A DNA stretch of 63,936 nt, counting the filler, from Lenisia limosa (taxonomy: Eukaryota > Protista > Breviatea): NCBI GenBank assembly GCA_001655205.1. It is 13 parts of 13 records of this genome, joined end to end, with 100 filler letters (N's around TTAATTAATTAA, not from the genome) between each part and the next. Parts side by side here need not be neighbours in the genome. Positions count along the whole stretch, not along the records: positions 42,238 to 50,607 come from LPNZ01006162.1; positions 50,708 to 62,799 come from LPNZ01011645.1; 11 more parts are not named here. One strand, given 5' to 3'. The translations under genes and the position numbers were made by a program. The notes below the pieces were generated by a model. The model worked only from the letters and a program-made list of their open reading frames with translations. It did no database searches and was not told the DNA's origin. Below are positions 43,418 to 56,526 of this stretch, one piece after another; the first letter of the stretch is position 1; each line of letters starts with the position of its first letter.

Positions 43418-46400
43418 GTGTTGTTTGTTGTTTTTATCAAGGTTGAATATTGTTTTTTTTTGATTGTTTTGTAATTGTTTATGTTATTATTCTATGTTAG
43501 TGTAGTTCTCTAGGGTTAATAGATGTTTTAGTCCCAAGTTGTGAGTATTATATACAACCTTGTTTTATTTCTCATCTCCTGTAGTATATTTAGTATATTA
43601 TGATAGTACTGGGTTTCTTGGTGCAGTGTGATGTATTACTTGGGCTTTCCTACGGACCTAAAAAGACCCATATTATCAGTAAGTTTCCTTTATTAATACT
43701 CTATATAGTGTAACGGTCCTTGACTGCCACTCACGTATTTCACTCTCACTGTTCAAAGATCAGTGTTGAGTCAGTCTTGTAATGCAAACATAATGTAGGT
43801 TACATTGTTGCCCGTGACCCCCTGCCCTTCGCCCCTTCTTTCAAGTCATGTGTTTGTTTAAATGGAATGGAGAATGGAGAACGATTGAAGTAAGAAGCTG
43901 AGACTGAAACCAATCAGCCTCTCAAACTCAAACAAACTCACAACAACAACAGAATAAGCAAGCTGCTTGCGTAAAAGAAATTCCTTTAGGCAATGTTGAA
44001 GAGGCTGTCAAAGACCAGAAGATTTGAAGAAAACCTAATAAATTCAAATCAGTGAAAGAGCTGATATTGGAAGCTTTCCAATTCAGGATCGATTGAATGA
44101 AGCTAGTGAAAGCGAATTTGGTCATTACCCTGGTAAATTCGATGGGTAACAAATAATTATGATCAATAACGTGCTAAGAGACACGAGAAGGGTATTACAC
44201 GCATCAAGAGAAGGGGAAAGATACTCCGAAAGTGATAATTCTTTGAAACATGGATTTTACACAATAATTTTATTATTAACACAGTTAGATAAATTTTATC
44301 ATTAGTAGCTAAGCTGTAGCTAGCTTTCATCTCGAATACATGGTTGCACGTGACCGCAAAAGGCTATTAGAGTTATGCTAAGAATGAAAAATTCGGACTA
44401 TTTAAGTAAATTTTTCTGCCTCTTTTGTCGAATAAGATTGAACTTTATTAGTTTGGCTGTATGTAGCACTTTTAGTATTTAGGTCTTATGATATCATATT
44501 GAATCGTAAAGAGAAAGGCCATAAATGAGTAATAATATCTGATCTGCACACGGCGCAACAAACTGCTGAGTACCAGCTTGCAAATCGTGAGTCGTGATTT
44601 TCGCGTATCCATACCCCGTCTTTGCTCACCTTTTCAGCCTGACGGGTGCGGCCTTACCGAATCGGTGGGTGGAAATGTCAGTCTTGCTGCAATAGTTGTG
44701 GAAATGGAGTCTTATTTTTTCAGACCTCGAGCCACCTGAGATACCGCCGGACTCCTTCATGCCGCGTCTTCAATGATCCTCAAGGTGGGCTGGCTTTTGT
44801 GGGGCTGGCTTTTGTGGGGTCTATTCGGTTGAGATATGAGGTTCGATAATTGATGTTGCCGATAAAGGGACAGTGAGGAAAGCAAGTTGGCGAAGGAGTT
44901 TGAAAGGTGTGATTTCACGCCCTGATGCTCCGATCCGAGTTCCTTGATGGTGTGTCGCTGAAGTTGTTGTTGTCAGGCTCTTTGGATGGCTTTATAGAAT
45001 ATTTAGGTTTTTTTGGATGGCTTTTTGGATGGCTTTTTAGAAGGATATTTTTGTAAGGATTTTTTGTAAGGATTTTCGTGTAACGTGAGGGATTAATAAA
45101 AACCAAGAGGCTTAACTTCGATTGTGACCGAGCATAGAGTCGGATGTGATGGGTAGTAGTTATTTGTGTTGTATTCAATGTCTGGTTAATATGGTTCGCA
45201 CGCGCTTCGCCTCGCTTTGCTTTGCTTTGCTTTGCTTTGCTCCCCTCTATTAATTTCTGCATCAGGTAATATTCACTTAAATAACATTATAGCGTTCCTA
45301 AATCTCGGGTTTTTTTAGCGGTAAAGGAGAACATTTTTATAACCAATATAGGTGTCCGTTTCTGTAGTTTTTATCCCCCCTAAATGTATTGAAAACAATA
45401 ACCAAAATCCAATAGCTAAGAGCCATGCGGTGAAATATCTGCCTAACCTCCATTTTTGATGTGTTTTGTTTTTGCACATGCTTTTTTGCGTTGCATTTTC
45501 TCATATCTTTGGAATGTTGTTAGTTAAATCAGACGTTTCACCCCATGGCAGGACTGAGCCAGACCCGACCNNNNNNNNNNNNNNNNNNNNNNNNNNNNNN
45601 NNNNNNNNNNNNNNNNNNNNNNNNNNNNNNNNNNNNNNNNNNNNNNNNNNNNNNNNNNNNNNNNNNNNNNTCCGTCTTTGTTCCCCCCAGCTCTATTGAC
45701 CCCATCATCTGTGCACAGGGCCTCAGTTACCCCCAAGCGTGACTTTGCGTGCGCGTGAACTTCTTCCGGTCGGAGGGGTTACTTATCTATGTGTTGGCAA
45801 CTGGTGTGGGCTGTGATCTCTGATCAGGCCGCGCCAATTTGCATGTGGGGTGTGTGGGGTTGTACCGCCATTCCATGCTGTCCCCCCATCTGGCCCGAGC
45901 AAGTTGCTGCCCTCGGAGCTCTACCCTCGCCCGGCCTGGGATAACAGGAGATCAGCTGGCTCAGCCCTGATTTCCTTGTCACACCGACGTCCCGGGTTGT
46001 GCAGAGTATCTCCTTCGGCTCAACCGCTGCCAGTGCCTCTGTCTGCGGATAGCACGCCGCGGTTTTGTGTTTTGCTCTCTTGGTTTTCGTCACTCCTTTT
46101 TTGCAACACTTTCTAATCTATTGCCCCCATAGCAGGGCGCCCGGCATGGGAATGAGGAGGGATGTGGCATGGTCCAGGGGGGAGGGGTGTGATGGGAATA
46201 GGCCTCTTTACGAGGTATGTCAATCTCGCGCTGCTAGCCGCTTCCGCTTCTGACGTTTCCGACGCTTCCGACAGCCTTCACTATCCCACCATCTTAAATG
46301 GTCAGCTGTACTGGTTCCGACATTCTTTCCTTTCCACACATTACGCACACCACACTTTTTCTTGCAACTTTTCCGTTCCCACCTCAACGCTCTGAGAGAG

Positions 46401-49400
46401 TATGGTCGGCGCCGTCGTCCCCTCAAGACATTAAGATAGGAGGTTGTGTTTTTTATCCTGCCATCCACCCGGGCGTTTCTTCTCTCTCATGCATGATATT
46501 CATATTACAATAGTTTGGCTTCATTTTGCCCTACTTTGTTTATATGGTAGCTTGCTCTATTCCCCATTTTTGGCTATTTTTCTTAATACACAACCTTCAT
46601 AAAAAAAAAACTGCGTAGCTTTTCCATGTGTTCTGTATAGCATGATGTCATATCCATAATCTGTACACTATTCGTAGGGAATGGATAAGAAAAGTGTGAC
46701 GCATAAGGGGAGGGGGTGCTAAGCTTTGCAGATCCTAGATTAGCCTCAGGTCAAACCAAGGTCAAACCAAGGTCAACCAAGCATCGACAAACTGGAACAA
46801 ACCGAAACCAAGCCTCACGGGAACCGTATCCTACCGAAACCGAGCGCGCACGGGGTGGAAGGCCAAGAGCCAGGGGAACTGAACTGCGGGACGGGAGGGG
46901 ATCATCCATCCAGGCCGGCTGAGACACTGAGATGGGCACAATGCGACTCCGTACCGCGATCTCTGATGGCATCGGCCGGCTCCCAATCAGGCTGGATGGG
47001 CAGGGGGCGTTGTATAGGATGCGATAGTATTGCATAGCAAGAAGGGTGTCAGCATACTAGGTGGGCGGGACATATACTATAAATGCGTACGTACGCCTAG
47101 TTATATGGAGCAGCCAAAGGGGTCATTTATATATGCGTATGGATATGAGTGTAGTCGGGGTATATTGCGAAGTAGAGGGAAGCATCAAGAAACCAAGCAC
47201 AAGCATCGAGTTCAAGAGCGAAGAACCAAGTGAGCAAGATACAAGATCAGAAGATCGGCGATCACGTTTCAAGCAGGGCACATCAAGATACAGGCGGCGG
47301 CGGGGGGGTTAGTCTGCTAGGGATGGTNNNNNNNNNNNNNNNNNNNNNNNNNNNNNNNNNNNNNNNNNNNNNNNNNNNNNNNNNNNNNNNNNNCAACTTC
47401 CACAGGTCAAGGCCAAGGGCGGGGCAACAGCAGCGGTGTGGGTTTGTCTGCTAGGGATTGATACAGTTCTACGAATCGGGATGCTACCTTTGGGATTGCC
47501 TTCGGGTTTCCTCCCCTCGGTAACGTTCCGACTTGTAGTTCTGGGGGGGAGTGGTGATCTATATGATCTATTCTAGGTACCGGCTGGCGTCTGCGTCTGC
47601 ATCTCCTGTTCTCTCCTGTTTCTTTGATTTTTCCTCTTTTTTTTTTTTTTTTTCAGTATCGAATAAAAANNNNNNNNNNNNNNNNNNNNNNNNNNNNNNN
47701 NNNNNNNNNNNNNNNNNNNNNNTTGAAACCTTTTTTCTACAATAGTAAAACCTTTTGAAAATATTTTGAATAGCATATCATAATAGCCTCAAAACGACAT
47801 GCTCCATGCTTCTGCGTCTTCCTCTTTTGGTAAGTGGGTCTTTTCTGTTATGTGTTTGATTTTCATCCCTCTTGACGTTGTTAAACTTTGACAATTTTAG
47901 TAGCCCAGCAAGATCATCCATCCGATGACTCATTTTTTATAATGGTATGCGTTATTCTATCTGGGGGGTCGCTGACATAGTAAATAAAATCTAACAATAT
48001 ATTACATATAATATTTTTTTTTTTCCCATAATCAGAGCCCTTTCAAATCTCACTGTGCCAGCAGGTTTTAAAAAACAATTTTACAGGTAAAACCCCTCTA
48101 ACCTAGGATGGTCTCAAGGTCGGCAAATGTCCTGTAGGAATTGGTAGGCAGGTACAATTCAGCATTGTTATACATGAGGGGGCAATCTGACGTTTTCAGA
48201 GGTGCTAAGAAGGTTTTCGCTATTGCGGTTTGAGAGACGGGAGCGCTATTTCGGTTATGGATGCCCACTCGCGAGCGTCGGTAAATCGTATGAGGGTTAC
48301 TTACTAGGGGTTTTCTGGACTGATTTTACCGTTTTAACTTTGGCAGATGGGGAGTCTTCGCATCCTGCCAGCACCATGCGGATGGTTCAACTTCATGTAT
48401 GCTTGTCATGTGTGATATTGTATACCTTTCTTGGCTAATCTAATACTTTCAGAATGAAAACTCATCACCAGTTCAAGTCTCGAGAACTCATCCAATATAA
48501 AGGGGTAAGGGGGGTTAGCAAATGAACCTGGGTTGTTTGCTCTTGAAGACAACTGCTCATAATTTTAGGCCACATCAAGCTCATGTCAATGATACGGAAC
48601 CCATGGTCATCATCATCATCATTGTTACTCAATTCCCGAGGCAGCATTCCGGGATTAGGCTCTCCCTTAACCGCCTTCGGGTGAGCTTTGGGGTGATCAT
48701 TATGGACATTCAAGACATTTCAGCATCTTACGTACTTAGGCGCAATTTTTCGGCCGGCGTTCCTGTCATGTACATAGCCGTTTTCTTCATTGATGCATCT
48801 ATTTTCCTCTTGTCGTTGTCATGTTGCAATTAGGAGACTTCTGAGCCTGAACACGAAGGGAATTAAAGGGAATTGGGTGAACGATAATGAACCAAACACG
48901 AGTCCTCGATTCAATATGAATTGAGCGTCCTAGATTGAATAAAGGGCGGATAGGGGGCAACTCCTGTGTCGGAAGTGTCAAATTCTAAGGAGTCAATTCT
49001 GCCAGTCTTTTTTTGAATGGAAGAATCCATAGGGCGAGAACGCCTCATCTTTCGATAAGCCGATAGAAATCCCCCATGTCCGTTCATACCCGGTAGAAAG
49101 TGTGTGGGTTGACGAGGGTCTCGATGACTGTAATATTGGGTTGAGGATTACAATGCCGTCAGAATCAGATTAGCAGCCGTTTTCAACTCGATTCGATCAC
49201 ACGATCTTGGCAGTGATGCTTGAGGTGGATGACCTCGATATTCAATGGTCCGGCTCGGAATGAGCAAATATTTGTCAGTTGTCGGAGGGAATTATCCTGG
49301 AATCGTGAGGGGGTAACATTTTTCTGATATATGTTTTGCAGGAAAGGACAAAAATAAGGTAGTATCTGGCCAAAGCATCGCAACCTCACCCACAGTATCG

Positions 49401-49407
49401 ATATATA

Positions 49408-49525
49408 AACTCGTAGATGACCCCTCTATTTTTCAAAAACTGTTCTAAAAATACAACTTTAAGCTTCTTTTTTTTAAACTACTGGTTCAAAAAAAAAAAG
49501 TGACCTCATATTTGGTTGAGCCGTA
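49408..49525 (+). repeat. Dispersed ~110-bp repeat Y, copy 2
   Basis: Close match to 4755-4863, on a different contig. Confidence 0.85.
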
Positions 49526-50607
49526 TTTTGGTGGTATTGTAGTCACAAAATATCCACCGACGTATTTTGGCGGGAGGGCCATGGCAGTTACCCAGGTCCG
49601 GTCCTCGTCAGTACGGAACTTCGCCGCCAACCCGGATGCATTTGGCGCAATAATCACGCCTAATTGTGTGAATATTAAATACAGCTTAGAATTAAGTCTA
49701 TGTTTCCCAAGATATATTTAATATCTTTTCTTGTTTTTTTTAAAAACCCAACAGTGAGTTCCCTCGAGTAAAAAAAAGAATTTCAACCCACCAGAGTTGT
49801 GCGGATGGTCATGGGCACGACCCGGGCATGTATTTTTCGAATGTACGTCCACCACAATTTCGAAGGACGGGACGCAGTCTTTTTTATTGTCATCTACTTT
49901 GTTAAAGGATTCCACTGTTAACACAGAGGTAGTTTTAAGTGTTTCAAAACCAATTTGGACACCTATCTTGTTCAATTTATCTCCTTAATATTTTTGTTAT
50001 TATGGTGTTCAGAATGACGGATTAAGGGACCTGCCTTTCCCTCCATGCAATATGCAGCGCATACCAAATATCAGAGGGCTCAATGTGCTGAGTCTCAACA
50101 GAGCGCCTGGGAAGTTCCTTTGTACCTCAACAAGTGTTTTTGGCTAATTCGTTAAGATGCGATCAGAACTAATACAAATCTATGAAAAAGTCCGTGGAAA
50201 TATCGATATTTATCGAGGTTTACTCTTTTTGCCTGTGGCAAGCCTTAGAACCCCCAACACTGACCCAACAATAATCCTCAACAAATATCGATATGGTAAT
50301 TGTGTTGCTGGTATCCCCATGTATCATTATTGTATCCCCAGATTCCATCATATGGATAATTCTTGCTCAAACAAAACCCCCCATTAAACTCACTCAAATT
50401 CCCATATAACTAGGGCTTCACTACGGTCCGAAAAAGGCCAGTGAAATATCGATATTTATCGAAGTCGTAAACCCACTCTGTCGTCCGTTTCCAACGGGGC
50501 GGTCATTTCGAAGTAGATTTCGTCGGTCATCCTGTTTCGCTGCGAAACAAGCAGGCAGATGCGGCACAAATTAGCCTGGAATGAAATGAGCTGATAATTG
50601 GTCTCAT

Positions 50608-50707
50608 NNNNNNNNNNNNNNNNNNNNNNNNNNNNNNNNNNNNNNNNNNNNTTAATTAATTAANNNNNNNNNNNNNNNNNNNNNNNNNNNNNNNNNNNNN
50701 NNNNNNN
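50608..50707. other. Artificial contig spacer
   Basis: N44-TTAATTAATTAA-N44. Confidence 0.97.
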
Positions 50708-50859
50708 TATCAAAAGGAGCACAATAGTTTGCGAGGACTGGGATAGGGGAGCGTACTTTGGTACAGCTGACGGTTCGAGATGATGCGCCAGGGTTCCGCC
50801 CCAAAGAGCGATACAAACCTGGAGGATGAAATAAACAAAACAAAAAAAACATGGAGAAA

Positions 50860-53800
50860 ACCCAAGCTCACCGGAATGGAGAGAGGAAGTGGTGCGTTGA
50901 TTTTGCCTTCATGAACAAGCCATCCTCTGGAGTGCGGCCGCAGTTCCTCTGCCGGTGCTCCTTTCGATGGTGAGTCCGGGTCGGTGAGAGAAGAGACTTC
51001 GTCATCATCATGGTCCATGTTAATGCCGACGTCCTTGGCCAGGTCCTCTACCGCAGTCTTGACCACTTCTGTCGCGCCGTCATCGCTCGTGTTCTTGTCA
51101 GTACTCTTTGGTTCCTTGAATGTGAAGATGGAACAATCAACACAATAGACACCATTGAAAAGAAAAGTATTACTAGTGGACAGTATGATTGTGTATTCTC
51201 TGAAAGGCTAACCAGAGTGAGGGGGGAAGCAGATGCCATGGAAGTGGCCTTGGGCACTGCTGGGGGAGTCTGTAGGGTTACGTTGTAGAAATAGTCCAAA
51301 ATGATAGATTCACTCTTGCTTTGGTCCAAAAGCTTGCCATCCTACCCACAGAGGGGTGCTCATTAAGCCACACGGCACGGGCGGAGGCGAAAGAAGTCCC
51401 ACTCAGTGCATGGACAAACTGCAGGCGCCCACCANNNNNNNNNNNNNNNNNNNNNNNNNNNNNNNNNNNNNNNNNNNNNNNNNNNNNNNNNNNNNNNNNN
51501 NNNNNNNNNNNNNNNNNNNNNNNNNNNNNNNNNNNNNNNNNNNNNNNNNNNNNNNNNNNNNNNNNNNNNNNNNNNNNNNNNNNNNNNNNNNNNNNNNNNN
51601 NNNNNNNNNNNNNNNNNNNNNNNNNNNNNNNNNNNNNNNNNNNNNNNNNNNCAATCCACTCCACCGGGAACGGCAGTCCTATAAAATAAAACTCAGCACG
51701 GGGATGAATAGTGTTGCATCCTGCTTTGTACCTACTTTTGTAGAGGTCGTGTGCACCAAGGTTGAGGAGACGTTGGAAGAATGACGCAAATCCAGGGGAC
51801 CGTCTGAGGGAAGGTAATGGGGGGGGGGGGGATANNNNNNNNNNNNNNNNNNNNNNNNNNNNNNNNNNNNNNNNNNNNNNNNNNNNNNNNNNNNNNNNNN
51901 NNNNNNNNNNNNNNNNNNNNNNNNNNNNNNNNNNNNNNNNNTGTGTAGGAAGGGTCACAGGGCCTCGGTAAGGACGGATGTGGTGTCAACTGAAAAATAA
52001 ATGCGCGGATACTTGAATTTCAATGCTACTTTACTGTATTTTTCCCATAAGAAAATTCAACTCGCCTTCGCCCCACCTTGAAAACAATTGGAACAGAGGA
52101 TGAAGAGTTCTTAGGTAGCGCGTTGATGCAAACAGTTCCCATAATGTGACCTATGAAGTCAAACACTCACGTTCGGAATATGAAGCAAAGTACAACGTAG
52201 AGATTGAAGGGAAAAAAAAAAAAGGCTTACGGTTGGAGTGGCTGTGAATGGTCCATGAGAACTGGAAATTTTTCAGGCGTACCAGCCGTTCCTCGTCAAC
52301 TGCACTGGTTAAGGAACCCGATAAATCTTTGAGTAAACCTCATCTTAATCAATTGCTTGGTATCATTATGGTATTATTCAGTCCCCCGTCTTACCAATAT
52401 AAGCAGCAAGACTGACTTGGGAAATGAGTGAAGGCTTTGTATAAGGAGCTAGAACTGTCAAAATTGCCAACTTTGTGAAAGCAGTCCCGAATAATCCTCA
52501 TAATAGTACCCAGGGTCTCAAGAGCTTACCATGGTATTTCCTCTTGGTCTCCACGAGGAAAGGGTACTCAATATGGATTCCGAACGAGCCGCCAGGTGAA
52601 AGAACATTCAGGACAACCTAAAGTAGTGAGACGGTTACATCCTCCAACCCGGTTATCCCAAAGAGTAGCCACCCGCAAACGTCCTTTGATTTGAAGGCAG
52701 AGACAACCTTGATGGAGTGTAAGCCAGAGGGCCACTGAGGTGCTTGGGCATACGCTAAAGAGTTAATGGTAGAAATATGTTGTAATTGAAAGAAAATGGC
52801 AAAATACAGAGTACACAAAACACAGAAATGGAAATATGCCTACCGTCCTTGCAGGAAAGAGACTGACTGTCATCAAGGACCATGGGAACCTTGCGTGGCT
52901 GTGGTGCAGCCACTGGTGTCATGGGGGCTGCTTCCACATTTGGGGACTCTACCAGGACGGTAGTAGCAGTTGCCTGAGGTGACTCGGTTGGAGGAGCCTG
53001 GGGGACTAGTCGCGGAGGGGAGAGCGGTGTACGTTCGTGGCTGATAGACTGCGGACCTGAGGGAGGAGTTAAATGAAAATNNNNNNNNNNNNNNNNNNNN
53101 NNNNNNNNNNNNNNNNNNNNNNNNNNNNNNNNTTTCCAAAAAAACTACAGAGGGAAAAATACAGTGTTTTCTTGAAAAAAAAAAAACACTCAAAATCCAG
53201 TCAAAATTAGACAAATTAGACAATCTATCTGACTGATACACATTATTAAATACTAAAAATCCAACAGCCTCTGGAGCTGAAAGAATACACATGGAGAAAA
53301 TGATAATAGATGATCAAAAAAAGGTAGAGATCCCTGGATGGATGTTTCCCGCGAACATTACTCGTGTACTCCACTAACGTTACACTCGTAATGTTCTAGC
53401 TGGAATAAACTTCAAAAATAGCCCAAAGGGGAGAGCCCCATCATACCGGTGGGACTGTTATTGGGCTTCCTGGGAGGAGTGAAGGGCTCCTGAGGGACTG
53501 TTGCTCCAGGTGATGGGGGGCAGGGTGACTGAGTCGTTTTGACTGGAAAAAATTAGAATAGTACTTCCTGAATGACAGCAAAATACCTGAAAAAATATAA
53601 AAAATACCAACCTAGAAGATCAACAGCTTGAGCCTGAGGAGCAGTAGCTTTTGGCTCCATGCTAACAGCAGAAAAGATAGTCTTCTTAAAGTCTAAGCCT
53701 GAAAGTGGCTTGATAGGTTGCTTGGCAAACATAGAGTTGGCAATACGGGCAACTTTGGGAGAGGGGTCAATTGAGTGGTGGGGGCGTTTGAGTGGGGGAG

Positions 53801-54038
53801 GTCGGGTTGTAGCAGAATTAGGTGGATAGACAAAAGCTCGCTGCTTTGTTGCTATTTCGGGGCTCAGGGGTGAAGGAAGGGCGGCAGCGAAATTGCCCTC
53901 TTTGAACAGAAGGGGCTTGGCAACTTGATCATTGGAATTTCCGAAATGGGGGGAAACTAGAGGTGATTCCGGGGATGATCCAGCGACAGAACGATCCAAC
54001 GTACTTGGATTGATGGAGATTGGAAGATTTAGCGCCAT
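50860..54038 (-). CDS. Unidentified spliced gene with a Ser/Pro-rich N-terminus
   Basis: Long first exon MALNLPISINPSTLDRS...; later exon-like pieces VVLNVLSPGGSFGIHIEYPFLVETKRKYH, LVRLKNFQFSWTIHSHSN and EVVKTAVEDLAKDVGINMDHDD. Exon joining is not resolved. Confidence 0.4.
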
Positions 54039-54864
54039 CTACAACGTGATAACGATGACATTGAATACCGAAGAAAAAAAAAATCATAACGCTTTTCTCT
54101 AAGCACTCATAAACCAAAATAAACCCGCAAACCTTGCTTAGATTGGCCACGGAGAAATTAGAAAACGAAATGTCGATGAAATGTGCGGAGGTACTTTATT
54201 TGGCAATAAAGAGCTTAATTTCTGAACAGATATCGTATTTCATCCATAAATGCGGAACGATGCGTTGAAGAATTGAATGATACTGGCGATGATGGAAGAC
54301 AAGAAGGCAAACGCAAAGACAAATCCATTACTACTAAAGAATATCGAAAAGGCCAAGTAGAAGTAGAAGGAAAATGGTGAATAATAGAAAGGAAAACGGC
54401 TAAACTATACTTCTACTCTCCTCAGAGTATCCTACAACAGTAATATTTTTAAACAACAGGCATTCACAATAAAAAAAAATTAGTGAAAAAGAAAAAAAAA
54501 CAGGTCACTCGGAGAGTTGCCAGCGCCCTCAGCCCTTTTATAAAGCAACTTTCACATTTTCAGTTCATTTTAATTTTGATTAATATTGCCCTGGGGGAGC
54601 TGCTCTAGTTACTAGATGGAAGGATGGGAGCGACTGTACAATGTATTACCATATTTCCTTTCCCTTATATTCAAACGTTCAAATCACATGCACACATGCA
54701 TGTTGTTTGGTTGGTGCCGCCATCTGCAGATAACCAACCTACCCAACCTTCACTACTCCAAGAATCAATGCCAAAGTCCATGCAAATAGAGTAGAAAATT
54801 TAAAATATTTGAATAAGCTCAGTGCAACCACATTGTGGAATACCATCTATCTAAAATACCAAAA

Positions 54865-56002
54865 TTAGGCTGTCAAAGCCTTGAACTCTTCTGTCACAAT
54901 AGTATAGCGACAGCGAAGGTTAATCTTGAAAGGAGCCATTCTCTTTTCAAAGTGTTTCTAGGTTGTAAACGATTTCTTTTATTGAGATTGTGAATTTCAT
55001 TGAAGACATACCAAGATTTTGCAGTCATCAGCAGAAAGAACGTCACCCTCAGTACATACAGTAAAATCAGACTCACATTGGATGATACCTACAAAGAAGC
55101 GAAAAATTAAATTTGAAACAATAACACCCACCATCAACAAGCTTGGTAGGTACGCCAAGGGCTCTGAGTTTGGGCTCCATATCAAACTGGAAGTCCGGGA
55201 GAGGTCCAGCGGGGATTGTGACTGAATTGTTATATTGGCTTTTTTTGGGGCTACTCACAAGTTGAGACGGCCTTTGCGCCTTGGCGGAGGAAGTCCATGT
55301 CAAGAGCTTCAGTGAAGTGCCTATTTCGATAAAACACATACTTAACAAATTACAAAGAGGGGTGATCCGAAGAAGGAAAGGAGTGGTATATTTTTACACC
55401 AATCCAATAAACAAACAATAGAATAATATTCCTAGACCAAAAAGAGGCGCAAGAAAACAAACTTTTGGATTTCGTCTGTGTCTTTGTTGGTGAAGAGGAG
55501 ACCAGCGTCACCTTTGATGCACTGCAAGAGTCCATCGACATTCTCCTTCCCTGACCTCTCAATACCAAGATGCATCAGTTTCAACTTGCCGTAGAAGAAT
55601 CTATAGCCTGTTAGACCTTGCAATTATCAGGAAGAGAGGAAGATGGCCAAGTACCTCGAGCTTCCTTGCCAAGCCATTCTGAGATCCTTGAGTGTCTTAT
55701 TTCTCATGTTCTGAACGGAGAACACAAAGACATGAGCATAGCGACCATCAAAAGACTAAATCAACCATTATTTCATGATGAATGTCAGCAATAAAAAGTC
55801 AAAAGCAAACACAGACCTCGCAAATATCATCGATAAGCTGGTTTTTGCGGTCACTACCTTTCTTCTTAACCTGTGTCAGGCTAACTAGGAGGTCAAGAAG
55901 AGGCAGAGGGTATACTGGATGGCATGGCAACGCTAATCGTTGATGTATTTACTGATTAGCCCAACCCTACATACCAACTTTATCACGTTTGGACTTAGGC
56001 AT
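54865..56002 (-). CDS. MRT4: Ribosome assembly factor Mrt4 (P0 paralogue)
   Basis: MPKSKRDKV|VSLTQVKKKG...VFVFSVQNMRNKTLKDLR...RFFYGK...GDAGLLFTN...GTVTELLY...EPKLRALGVPTKLVDG...EGDVLSADDCKIL|KHFEKRMAPFKI. Confidence 0.95.
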
Positions 56003-56526
56003 TGTTTAGATTGAGAGATAGGCCACAAAAAAGAAAACTGCAGAAGTTAGGAAAAGAATAAAGATAAATGATTCCATTCAGCAGTGGTTTAAATTACTAT
56101 GTCAGAAATTATGCCTGAATCCATGAACATACCTAACTAACAATGAAAAAGGTTATATTTTTTTTGAAAAAAAATTTAAATGAAGGATCGGTGATCATGT
56201 GAACAGCCCTTGTGTATACCTACAAATATGACTTTGCTAAACATGGCTTGATTGATTGATTGACTGTGCAGTATTTTAAGAGAGCATTTGCGTTGTTTGG
56301 AACTTTGATTGAATAACTATGATGTATTTCCGAAGTGTGATAGTAGATTGTCGAGTGAAAATTCTTGGAATCTGAAAAGGAGTCTATCATACAAAAAATA
56401 CCATAAAATTGCCATAAAGAAACAGAATAAGCCACACTGCAAATTAAAGAGTATCGTTCGCTGCAATCTCAGAAGAAATAGTTATTAAGTTGTGCTACAA
56501 GAGGTCAAACAATGCTCACTACTTAC

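Noticed and set aside
48430-49320. Possible piggyBac transposase relic (IDASM...YMTGTP, MRRSR...LEFD)
   Set aside because: The resemblance is limited to a few residues across stops and frames, with no DN motif and no TTAA-CCC termini.
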